A stretch of DNA of 64,000 nt from Acutalibacteraceae bacterium (GTDB lineage Bacteria; Bacillota; Clostridia; Oscillospirales; Acutalibacteraceae), in the NCBI GenBank assembly GCA_045536245.1, contig JAZSNE010000001.1, forward strand, positions 36,789-100,788, read 5' to 3'. Of this stretch, positions 39,001 to 46,683 are shown piece by piece. The first letter of the stretch is position 1. Every line of letters begins with the position of its first letter. Under the pieces are notes generated by a model. It was not told the origin of the DNA and made no database searches. It saw only the letters and a list, made by a program, of their open reading frames with translations. The position numbers and the translations under genes were made by a program.

Positions 39001-40755
39001 TTAACCGATATATCCGCCGGTAACCTTTTCGCCGTCTTTTTCGGCTTGCTTTTCGGTTACCTCTGCACGGCGTTTGAGAACCTCAATAACCATATCCTGC
39101 TTTTTGCTGTCATAATCCCAGAAGAAATAGGGAATCGTCATCAGCAGGAAGCCAACAACGTCAAACAGGAGCGGAACGATGATTATGTTTGCTCTGGAGG
39201 CATCATAGAACAGGATTTCCCAGTTGCTGTTGAAGCCGTAGCCAAGAAGCATAAGAGGAATGATAAGACCGACAAAATTCTTTACGGGATCGGTGAACCA
39301 ACCCATAACGCTTGAAAACTGCTCAAGGCGTTCACCCGAAAGATACATCTGATAGTCGCCGATTCTGGCATCCATATCGTGACCTGCGGTTGTGGGAACA
39401 GTCTTTGTCATTTCCATAAGGAACAGGATAACAACACAGATTGTGCCGCAAAGGTTAAGGTTATCGCCAAAGAACCACATTGCCGCCGCAACGCCTGCGT
39501 TACCAAGCGCACGTGTTACCTGATAGAAAATCATAATCTGCTTATACGAAAACCGCTTGAGGAAATAGGGCGAAAGCAGATCGGGCGGTGTGCCTGCAAA
39601 CGAAATGAGGAAAACGATAAGCGTATAGGGCAGACCGCTCAGACGGAAGGTGTAAAGATAAAGAACCGTTGCAAAGGGCAGCATACCGTTGCCCAGAGCA
39701 TCAATAAGCTCAACAAGCTTTTTGATAAGCAGATATTTGTTGCGTAGAACGCCGAACATACCGTCCCAGAACTTAATCTGAACCTTCTTTTCAATGGGAG
39801 GCTGAGGGATTCTTTCTTTGACTCTGCCTGCAAAAACAAGGGTCAATGCAACAAAGAAAATGAACGAAATCGGAATAACGAACCTGTAAACGTTGATATC
39901 AGCCCATTCATCCTTCAGGAAGCCGATGGCAACAGAAATAACAAGGGTTGAAATGGTGTTGAAAAAGTGCGAAAGCTTAACGGGATAGCTGCGCACAAGG
40001 ATTCTCTCCTGCATATTGGGGCTGATGGTTTTGGTGCAGGTTTCAAGGTTATTTTCAAAGCCGAAAACGTTATAGGTTGCAAACAGCAGGTTGCCGACCC
40101 ATACTCTTGTTGCAACGTCGGCAATGTTATAAACGGGAAGCCAGCCGATAAGAATAACCATTATGCTCTTGGGAACGGCGTCGCAATAAAGCGAATACTT
40201 ATATCTGCCGAACTTGGGCAGAAGCTTTTTGCGCCAGAAGATGTTTCTTGCGCCGACCCAGCCTGTATAAAGAAAATGAGTGCCGAAGGTTTTGAAGCAC
40301 GCCGTGGCGTTCATACCCTCAAAGCTGTTTAAAATTCTGATGAACGTGCCTGTCTGGTCAAAAAGCAGCGAAAAATCAAACACAATGCTTGCAATTCCGA
40401 ATATCATCATCAGACCGTAGGCTAAGTAGAATTTCTTTTCGGTCTTTTTGGGCAGGAAGCCGAGGTTATCGCAAACAAGCCACCACATAAGTGCCGAAAG
40501 ATAGTTAAGCGGCATATTAAGAACACTGATAACCGAGAAAGTCAGATAGGGCAGCTTATAATGGTGCATAATAAGGTAACACCAGGAAGCAAACCCTATG
40601 TAATCAAGCACCTTGCGGCCTGCGTAGTTACTGCCTACCGATAAAACAACGTCTTTATACTCCTTGTAAGGCACGTATTTGCCCTCTGCCGGAGTATCCC
40701 AATGAGTTTTAATTTCGGTAAACAGCCATTTGGCTTTGCCGACTAATTTACTCAT
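39001..40755 (-). CDS. MFS transporter (glycoside-pentoside-hexuronide / MFS_2-like)
   Basis: About 12 hydrophobic segments, KFGRYK loop, DYQMYLSGERLE motif; ATG 40755 chosen by AGGAGG spacing. Confidence 0.75.
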   Translation of the reverse strand: MSKLVGKAKWLFTEIKTHWDTPAEGKYVPYKEYKDVVLSVGSNYAGRKVLDYIGFASWCYLIMHHYKLPYLTFSVISVLNMPLNYLSALMWWLVCDNLGFLPKKTEKKFYLAYGLMMIFGIASIVFDFSLLFDQTGTFIRILNSFEGMNATACFKTFGTHFLYTGWVGARNIFWRKKLLPKFGRYKYSLYCDAVPKSIMVILIGWLPVYNIADVATRVWVGNLLFATYNVFGFENNLETCTKTISPNMQERILVRSYPVKLSHFFNTISTLVISVAIGFLKDEWADINVYRFVIPISFIFFVALTLVFAGRVKERIPQPPIEKKVQIKFWDGMFGVLRNKYLLIKKLVELIDALGNGMLPFATVLYLYTFRLSGLPYTLIVFLISFAGTPPDLLSPYFLKRFSYKQIMIFYQVTRALGNAGVAAAMWFFGDNLNLCGTICVVILFLMEMTKTVPTTAGHDMDARIGDYQMYLSGERLEQFSSVMGWFTDPVKNFVGLIIPLMLLGYGFNSNWEILFYDASRANIIIVPLLFDVVGFLLMTIPYFFWDYDSKKQDMVIEVLKRRAEVTEKQAEKDGEKVTGGYIG

Positions 40756-40900
40756 TTTTTGCAACGCCTCCTTAATTCAAAAATATTTATACTATTTTAT
40801 CATATATCAACAAAAATAACAACCATAAAAACTGCGTTTTTGTAAATATTTTAAGCGAATCATCGTTTGGCGGTGCAGCATCAACAAAAAAACGGATTGC

Positions 40901-41416
40901 TCAAAGCAATCCGAATTTTTTATGCTTAATTGTTTTTTCAAAAGCCGCAAGCACCATTCCCGGCTCTGTTTCAAGGCGCTTACCCGTATCGCAATAGCCT
41001 GCTTTCTCATAGCATCTGCGGTTTTTCTGAAGCTTTTCAGGGAAATCAACGTAAAGCTTTTTGGGCTTTTTCAGATATTTTTCAGAAAGAAGAATCGCCT
41101 GCGTTGCTACGCCCTTGCCCTGATTTTCGGGCAGAACGTAAACCCTTGAAAGATAGTATTCTCCCCTGCCGAGTTTTTCAACAAACGGAGTTTTGCCCTT
41201 GATTTTATACATCAGACCGCCAACGGTTTTGCCGTCGCAGAGAATTGTAAAATATAAAAAGTCAGGACTTTCAAGCCTGCAGGTTATATCCTCCCTGCCC
41301 CTGAGGCACGGGTTACCCTCGTCGTGATATTCTTCGTAAATCGGCAAAAACGCCTGCCTCTGTATTTCAAGAAGCTCATTAACTTCATTTTCTGTTGTAA
41401 GCCTTATTTCAATCAT
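40901..41416 (-). CDS. GNAT family N-acetyltransferase
   Basis: VYVLPENQGKGVA acetyl-CoA motif; NRRCYEKAGY. Confidence 0.88.
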   Translation of the reverse strand: MIEIRLTTENEVNELLEIQRQAFLPIYEEYHDEGNPCLRGREDITCRLESPDFLYFTILCDGKTVGGLMYKIKGKTPFVEKLGRGEYYLSRVYVLPENQGKGVATQAILLSEKYLKKPKKLYVDFPEKLQKNRRCYEKAGYCDTGKRLETEPGMVLAAFEKTIKHKKFGLL

Positions 41417-42048
41417 TTCCGTGTCTCCAGATCTCTGGCTATTTCATCAAAATCAATTCGCTTATCTTTAAAATAAAACTCCCTGTCGTGCTCGCCGATT
41501 TCACGCATAACTCTGCACGGATTGCCCACGGCAACAACGTTTGCGGGGATATCCTTTGTGACAACGCTGCCTGCGCCGATGACGGTGTTGTCGCCTATCG
41601 TTACGCCGGGCATAATCAGTGCGCCTGCGCCAATCCAGCAATTTCTGCCGATATGTACGGGCATATTATACTGATAAGCCTTTTCACGCAGTTCAGGCAG
41701 AATGGGGTGACCTGCGGTTGCAATAACAACGTTGGGCGCAAGCATAGTATAGTCGCCCACGTAGATGTGCGTATCGTCAACAAGAGTAAGGTTGAAATTG
41801 GCATAAACGTTTTTGCCGAAGTGGCAGTGCTTGCCGCCCCAGTTTGCGTGCAGAGGAGGCTCAATATAACAGTTTTCGCCGATTTCGGCAAACATTTCTT
41901 TGAGCAACGCCTCACGCTTTTCAAGCTCCGTGGGGCGTGTCTGATTATAATCATACTGTCTGTCAAGACACTGAAGCTGTTCGCTCATTATCTCTTCGCC
42001 GTCGGGCAGATATAAATCACCCGAGGTCATTTTTTCTTTTTGAGTCAT
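41413..42048 (-). CDS. Sugar O-acetyltransferase (maltose/galactoside acetyltransferase family)
   Basis: KEKMTSGDLY, hexapeptide repeats, WIGAGA..MPGVTIG, AGSVVTKDIP, GNPCR. Confidence 0.93.
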   Translation of the reverse strand: MTQKEKMTSGDLYLPDGEEIMSEQLQCLDRQYDYNQTRPTELEKREALLKEMFAEIGENCYIEPPLHANWGGKHCHFGKNVYANFNLTLVDDTHIYVGDYTMLAPNVVIATAGHPILPELREKAYQYNMPVHIGRNCWIGAGALIMPGVTIGDNTVIGAGSVVTKDIPANVVAVGNPCRVMREIGEHDREFYFKDKRIDFDEIARDLETRK

Positions 42049-42155
42049 AGTCTTTTCTCCTTAAGAGGTTATGTGTTGGCTTTATTATAACAGAAACAGA
42101 AACATTTGCAAGGTGAGCAAATCAATATAATTATTAATAACGGTATAAAAAGCAA

Positions 42156-42458
42156 TTAACTCTTTTGCTCTTTTTTCTTATCAAGCTTATAATTTCTGAA
42201 ATAGATGCACAAATCAGCGCCGACCATCAGCAGATTGAGAACGTAAAAGAAAAGAACGTACCATTTTGAAGAAAAAGACGCCATATATGATTCATTTAGT
42301 ATTTTGGAAGAAATACCTGCAACGTAGCCCAAAAATATCAGACACAAAAAGCCGAGGCTCTTGCCTTTGGTTGTTCTTGCTTTATAGGATTTGATAACGT
42401 TAAGCGGCCAGGAAGCACCGAAACTCACAATCATTATCACTTCTAAAATGTCAGACAT
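42156..42458 (-). CDS. 100-aa triple-helix membrane protein, PQ-loop/SemiSWEET-like
   Basis: SWP.NVIKSYKARTTKGKS..FL.LI..GY pattern, three TM helices; start set to MSDILE. Confidence 0.55.
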   Translation of the reverse strand: MSDILEVIMIVSFGASWPLNVIKSYKARTTKGKSLGFLCLIFLGYVAGISSKILNESYMASFSSKWYVLFFYVLNLLMVGADLCIYFRNYKLDKKKEQKS

Positions 42459-42668
42459 TTTCACTCCGCCTTTATTATTTTTCATTATAATTATATCAGA
42501 CTTAACAAAAATTTTCAACCGAGGTGTGAGGGCTGCCGGATTCATCACATAATCCATCATAAAATACTTACCGTAAACAAGTCACATAAAAGCATAGAAT
42601 AAACGGTTGTTTGATAAGCTGCATATATAAGATGTAACCACGGGCAATTGAGTTGCAATTTTACAGTA

Positions 42669-42697
42669 TTGCATATCAGAATTTTTCATGATATAAT
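42669..42697 (+). promoter_or_regulatory. Sigma-A promoter upstream of hypothetical membrane gene
   Basis: TTGCAT-17-TATAAT with extended -10 TG. Confidence 0.6.
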
Positions 42698-42796
42698 TTT
42701 GCCATAAAATAAAAAAGAAAGGATGCAGGCGGTGAAACGCCACAGTTAATTCTGCCGAAAATTGTTTTGTGATTAAATCAACAGAGGTGTAAATTT

Positions 42797-43378
42797 ATGA
42801 AAGAAAAACACAAAAAATTAAAAAAACAAATTTTAATATTAAGCGTTATTCCGATTGCTTCAGTATTACTGATAGCATTGCTTTATATTTTTGCAAATTC
42901 AAATGACTCGGATGTAGTAGGGTTTATTCTTTTGGTATTACTGATATCATCTGCAATAAGTATAATTTTACTTCCTGTAAAGCTTTTCAGTTTTATATCT
43001 CTGAAAAAACATAAAGAGATTCCCGAAGATGTTATGAGGGGTATAGATTTGAAAAAGATGCCTGATCTTATAGATTCGGGAATATATTGCGGTGATAACG
43101 CTTTGTTTGCTTCTAAAGAAAAGCTGTTTATCCCATATGATGATTTTGCATGGACTTATTATATGAAAATCAATCTTTACCATTTATCCAACGCACACAG
43201 AGCGGTCATTTGTTTCAAAAATGCAAAAGCAATTAGAATCAAGTGCACCCGTGAAGAACTTGCCTATATTATTAACAAACACGTAATTCCCCGTTCTCCG
43301 GAAGTTCTTGTCGGATACAACAAAGAAAATATAAAAGAATACAGACGCAGATGTAAAGAATGGAAAAAACAGAGATAA
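42797..43378 (+). CDS. Hypothetical membrane protein (2 TM + soluble domain), AT-rich
   Basis: 193-aa ORF, RBS AGAGGT, two N-terminal hydrophobic helices. Confidence 0.7.
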   Translation: MKEKHKKLKKQILILSVIPIASVLLIALLYIFANSNDSDVVGFILLVLLISSAISIILLPVKLFSFISLKKHKEIPEDVMRGIDLKKMPDLIDSGIYCGDNALFASKEKLFIPYDDFAWTYYMKINLYHLSNAHRAVICFKNAKAIRIKCTREELAYIINKHVIPRSPEVLVGYNKENIKEYRRRCKEWKKQR

Positions 43379-43384
43379 TAAACA

Positions 43385-43411
43385 GAACCCCCCGGCTAAG
43401 CCGGGGGGTTC
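43385..43411. repeat. GC-rich perfect hairpin, IS200/IS605-end or REP-like
   Basis: GAACCCCCCGGC-taa-GCCGGGGGGTTC, 12-bp stem, no T-tract. Confidence 0.55.
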
Positions 43412-43417
43412 AAATAC

Positions 43418-43453
43418 AAGAAGTAAGCCCCAAGAACTTTCGTCCTTGGGGCT
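43418..43453 (-). repeat. 36-bp copy of the tRNA-Cys terminator (island boundary)
   Basis: AAGAAGTAAGCCCCAAGAACTTTCGTCCTTGGGGCT identical to 45984-46019. Confidence 0.95.
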
Positions 43454-43481
43454 CTGACAGTACGTCTCATTTTAGAACCAT
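43454..43481 (-). repeat. 28-bp tRNA-3'-end-like repeat, copy A
   Basis: Minus strand ATGGTTCTAAAATGAGACGTACTGTCAG; 26/28 identical to 44993-45020. Confidence 0.9.
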
Positions 43482-43499
43482 AGTTTGATAAATTGTCAA

Positions 43500-43817
43500 T
43501 TAAAAAATACCATTATTATATTTTTTCTGCACAAAAAAAATACAGATAAATCCGATTATCAATCCAACAATCAATACAAAAACCGCAATCAATGTATTCT
43601 TTTCCGAACTTCCAAACAGACTTACTATGCCACTGAGCAAAAGTGCCGTTGAAATAATAAACATGGCTTTTCCGAAAGATTTTCCGTATGCGGCTTTATC
43701 GGTAACATTTGTTTGATGATAATCATGAATCAAATTGGTTTTTCCCCGATATATCGCAACACCAAGCACAGCAAAAAGTACCGCTGTCAAAAACATAATT
43801 ATCGAATATGTAATCAT
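43500..43817 (-). CDS. Small 3-TM membrane protein (DUF3784-like)
   Basis: LGVAIYRGKTNLIHDYH pattern; three hydrophobic helices. Confidence 0.7.
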   Translation of the reverse strand: MITYSIIMFLTAVLFAVLGVAIYRGKTNLIHDYHQTNVTDKAAYGKSFGKAMFIISTALLLSGIVSLFGSSEKNTLIAVFVLIVGLIIGFICIFFVQKKYNNGIF

Positions 43818-43852
43818 AATATTACCTCTGTAAATTGGAATTTGTCTGGCTT

Positions 43853-44701
43853 TTAATTTTTGGATAAGTTCAAAAATATTTCTATCTTTTCCGCATCTTT
43901 ATATCCGAGCTGATACAATTTGTTTAATCCGATTTTATTTCTTGTAGCCGTTTTAATCCCAAAACAATCTTCAGGATAAAGTATCAGCACTTTACCTTGT
44001 TTTTCAAGTTCAAGAATTTCATTTATTCTATTATGATATAATGTGTGTGACATTGTTATAGCTTTTGCAATTCGAGGATACTTAAAAAGCAAAGGATTGA
44101 CAAGCCATTTGGGAAAGGCTGATTTCTTATAGCTGATAGGAAGCGTCAAACAAATAATCAGTTTATCGCAACCATCATCAAATGCTTTTTTATACGGAAT
44201 CGGATCAGAAATTCCGCCATCAAAATATCTTCCGTTTTTAAACAAAACAGGTTGACGGGTTGCTATAGGTAATGCACAGCTTGCCTTTAACAAAGTAAAA
44301 TCATCATATTCTAAATCACTTTTATAAAAATATTTCTGTTCAGCAGTCTGTGCATCCGTTACTGCGGCAACAAACTTTTTAGGTGATTTCATTATGGATT
44401 TAAAGTCCAGTGGATTCTTACCGTAACTGTTTGTTATATCGGAATATATATAATCAAGATTTATATACATTCCTTTGTTGCAATAGTTGCCTACACTCAT
44501 ATATTGTTTTTCAAAAGAATAGTCCTCATAAAAGCTTTTTAATCGTCCCCGCTGACCTGCTATGTAAGTAATAAGGTTTGCACTTCCTGCAGAAATGCCC
44601 AAACAATATTCAATATCAATAGAATTATCAAGAAGATAATCGATAATACCGCTTACATAATTTCCTCTCAATCCGCCGCCAACATCCATTATTCCTACCA
44701 T
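43853..44701 (-). CDS. Patatin-like phospholipase
   Basis: DVGGGLRG oxyanion loop, GISAG nucleophile, DGG catalytic Asp; start set to MVGIMD. Confidence 0.9.
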   Translation of the reverse strand: MVGIMDVGGGLRGNYVSGIIDYLLDNSIDIEYCLGISAGSANLITYIAGQRGRLKSFYEDYSFEKQYMSVGNYCNKGMYINLDYIYSDITNSYGKNPLDFKSIMKSPKKFVAAVTDAQTAEQKYFYKSDLEYDDFTLLKASCALPIATRQPVLFKNGRYFDGGISDPIPYKKAFDDGCDKLIICLTLPISYKKSAFPKWLVNPLLFKYPRIAKAITMSHTLYHNRINEILELEKQGKVLILYPEDCFGIKTATRNKIGLNKLYQLGYKDAEKIEIFLNLSKN

Positions 44702-44785
44702 GATGTACCTCATTAAATTCTTATTTATCGAGTTGATTATACCACACACAATGTAAAATTACAATCGGGTGCGGGAGTTCGTAAA

Positions 44786-44955
44786 ATGAAATATGGCTAC
44801 GCCATATGAAATAATCCTGACGGATTGTGAAATTTGATGCTTACGCATCAAGTGAAATGAAATAAATCCACTCACGCCCGCAGGCATTTCACATTGCGAA
44901 GCGATATTTCACTGCCGAAGGCAATTTCACAAATCCCGCAAGGGATTTATTTCGT
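44786..44955. repeat. Structured intergenic element: 4x RTGAAAT and 4x ATTTC(AC/GT) separated by mini-hairpins
   Basis: Unit coordinates and hairpins read directly from the sequence (see finding). Confidence 0.85.
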
Positions 44956-44992
44956 TGAAAAAGAAAAGACAAGTCTTTCGACTTGCTTTTTT

Positions 44993-45020
44993 CTGGCAGT
45001 ACATCTCATTTTAGAACCAT
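44993..45020 (-). repeat. 28-bp tRNA-3'-end-like repeat, copy B
   Basis: Minus strand ATGGTTCTAAAATGAGATGTACTGCCAG, followed by terminator-like AAAAAAGCAAGTC-gaaa-GACTTGTCTTTT. Confidence 0.9.
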
Positions 45021-45047
45021 CAATATATTTCTGTAAATTTTAATTTA

Positions 45048-45464
45048 TTAACAGTAATAAATCATATTCACTTCGTGACAATCATTTTCGTCAACGATAT
45101 CAGTTTCAACAAACCCTATTTTTTCATAAATATGTTTAGCATGTGTGTTACCACAAATATATGTTGTTGTCATTTTTGTCATATTATATGTTTCTTGCAT
45201 AAAACATATAAACTCAACTAAAGTGTTTGTTCCGTAACTTTGATTTTGGTATCTGTAATCTATTGCATAATCCCAAAGGAAGTATGCTCCCTCGTCAAAC
45301 TTTCGCACCATAACAAACCCCACAAGTAAATCATAAGAATAAATATCAAAAGCCATCACGCTTTCGTTTATGCAAGCCTCTTGAATATCTTGCTGTGATG
45401 ACAAGTATTTTTCTTGTTCAGGTAAAACAGAAATTTTCATTGATTTTGATAATTTAAAAAGCAT
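45048..45464 (-). CDS. GNAT acetyltransferase (polyamine acetyltransferase-like)
   Basis: IDYRYQNQSYG, NTHAKHIYEKIGF. Confidence 0.8.
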   Translation of the reverse strand: MLFKLSKSMKISVLPEQEKYLSSQQDIQEACINESVMAFDIYSYDLLVGFVMVRKFDEGAYFLWDYAIDYRYQNQSYGTNTLVEFICFMQETYNMTKMTTTYICGNTHAKHIYEKIGFVETDIVDENDCHEVNMIYYC

Positions 45465-45483
45465 AAATATCCTTCTTTACAAA

Positions 45484-45834
45484 TTACTTCTTTTGATTTG
45501 CTTTAGCGGTATTTAAAGATGAAATTAAAAGTTTCTTAACCTCAATACACATATCAAGAATATCTCTGTTGTCGTAATATCCACTTTCAATAAGAAGTTC
45601 GAGCCAATATTCACTCTCGCTGCACTCTTTTAATGCAATCTGCAATTTAGCAATAAAATCCGCCTTACCGTGACCGTAAAAAGCTTCGCGGATATTTGCA
45701 CCTACACTTGTACCTGAACGGATAAGCTGATTTGTCAGAACAGTTTCCCTTTTACTCTGTTTTACAAAGTTACATACTTTTATTATTTCAAGTGCAAAGG
45801 ATTTTGATTTTGTAATCAATAAACTATCAGCCAC
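45484..45834 (-). CDS. Four-helix-bundle protein (TIGR02436 / IVS-protein family; GTG start)
   Basis: KSKSFA..I, QLIRSGTSVGANIREA, DFIAKLQIALKECSESEYWLELL. Confidence 0.92.
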   Translation of the reverse strand: MADSLLITKSKSFALEIIKVCNFVKQSKRETVLTNQLIRSGTSVGANIREAFYGHGKADFIAKLQIALKECSESEYWLELLIESGYYDNRDILDMCIEVKKLLISSLNTAKANQKK

Positions 45835-45904
45835 AATAATACCGCCTTTCTGAAAATATTATACTACCTCAAAATAAAAATAGCAAGGCAAAGCCTTGCA
45901 GAAA

Positions 45905-45992
45905 TACTTATTCCTTATTACCTATTACTTATTACTTACCAAAGCCCCAAGGAAATTGAAGTAATAGTGAAGAAGTAATAAGTAAGAAGTAA
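45905..45992. repeat. Inverted blocks of 7-bp tandem repeats
   Basis: 5x TACTTAT-like (45905-45939), 18-bp spacer, 5x (G/T)AAGTAA-like (45958-45992). Confidence 0.85.
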
Positions 45993-46020
45993 GCCCCAAG
46001 AACTTTCGTCCTTGGGGCTT
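45984..46020 (-). terminator. tRNA operon terminator hairpin (duplicated at 43418-43453)
   Basis: AAGCCCCAAGGAC-gaaa-GTTCTTGGGGCTT directly after tRNA-Cys CCA. Confidence 0.85.
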
Positions 46021-46094
<74 letters not shown>

Positions 46095-46139
46095 GTGTTA
46101 TTAAATTATGCGCTGTTTTTGGTTTTTATGCCAAAAAAA

Positions 46140-46215
46140 TGGAGCGGATGACGAGGCTCGAACTCGCTACCTCCACCTTGGCAAGGTGGCGCTCTACCAG
46201 ATGAGCTACATCCGC
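46140..46215 (-). tRNA. tRNA-Gly(GCC)
   Basis: GCGGATG...TT-GCC-AA...GTTCGAG...TCCA, 76 nt. Confidence 0.97.
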
Positions 46216-46221
46216 ACCTGT

Positions 46222-46297
46222 TGGTGCCTCCGGCCGGAATCGAACCAGCGACACGTGGATTTTCAGTCCACTGCTCTACCAACTGAGCTACAGAGGC
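46222..46297 (-). tRNA. tRNA-Phe(GAA)
   Basis: GCCTCTG...CT-GAA-AA...GGTTCGATT...ACCA, 76 nt. Confidence 0.97.
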
Positions 46298-46335
46298 ATA
46301 GAAATGACCTGTAATATAAATTACAGGTCACTCAA

Positions 46336-46412
46336 TGGCGACCCGGAACGGGCTCGAACCGTCGACCTCTAGCGTGACAGGCTAGCGTTCTAACCAGCTG
46401 AACTACCGGGCC
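46336..46412 (-). tRNA. tRNA-Asp(GTC)
   Basis: GGCCCGG...CT-GTC-AC...GGTTCGAG...GCCA, 77 nt. Confidence 0.97.
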
Positions 46413-46415
46413 AAA

Positions 46416-46491
46416 TGGTGGGAACAACAGGGCTCGAACCTGTGACCCTCTGCTTGTAAGGCAGATGCTCTCCCAGCTGAGCTATGCTCCC
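46416..46491 (-). tRNA. tRNA-Val(TAC)
   Basis: GGGAGCA...TT-TAC-AA region, GGTTCGAG...ACCA, 76 nt. Confidence 0.97.
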
Positions 46492-46525
46492 ACGTTGGCG
46501 TTGCTCTCGTCAAGCAACGTACTGT

Positions 46526-46554
46526 ATAATACACTACTTTTTCGAAATTGTCAA
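46526..46554 (-). promoter_or_regulatory. Sigma-A promoter of tRNA operon
   Basis: TTGACA-17-TATTAT. Confidence 0.85.
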
Positions 46555-46683
46555 CCCTTTTTTTAAAAAAATTTCAAAAATTTTTAAGTTTTTTTATTTT
46601 TCTTTCAGGGCATTAAAATTATGCTTTTTAATAACAATAACTCGCCTGCCAAACGCACGGTCTGGCAGGCACAAAAAGCTTTG

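Larger units (their letters stand above)
43454..46020 (-). mobile_element. AT-rich island/cassette array at tRNA-Cys 3' end, no recombinase gene
   Basis: Bounded by the 36-bp direct repeat; four unrelated small genes co-oriented with the tRNA; a spot-counted line gave about 30% GC versus about 55% in a lysA line. Confidence 0.7.

Noticed and set aside
38100-39023. 307-aa plus-strand ORF
   Set aside because: Antisense shadow of the LRR gene.
42459-42560. N-terminal extension of the PQ-loop-like ORF
   Set aside because: The RBS (AGGCGGAG) sits just before ATG 42458; the extension is non-hydrophobic and spans the likely promoter.
43853-44701. Patatin as a CBASS/CapV-type defence effector
   Set aside because: No cyclase (CD-NTase) or other defence gene nearby; the sequence fits the common stand-alone patatin type.
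45484-45834. Four-helix-bundle protein as the Avd of a diversity-generating retroelement
   Set aside because: No reverse transcriptase and no TR/VR pair with A-specific mismatches. The 114-bp esterase repeat differs only by one C/T.
44786-45992. CRISPR array
   Set aside because: Repeat units are only 7 bp, the spacers are self-complementary hairpins or absent, and no cas genes are present.
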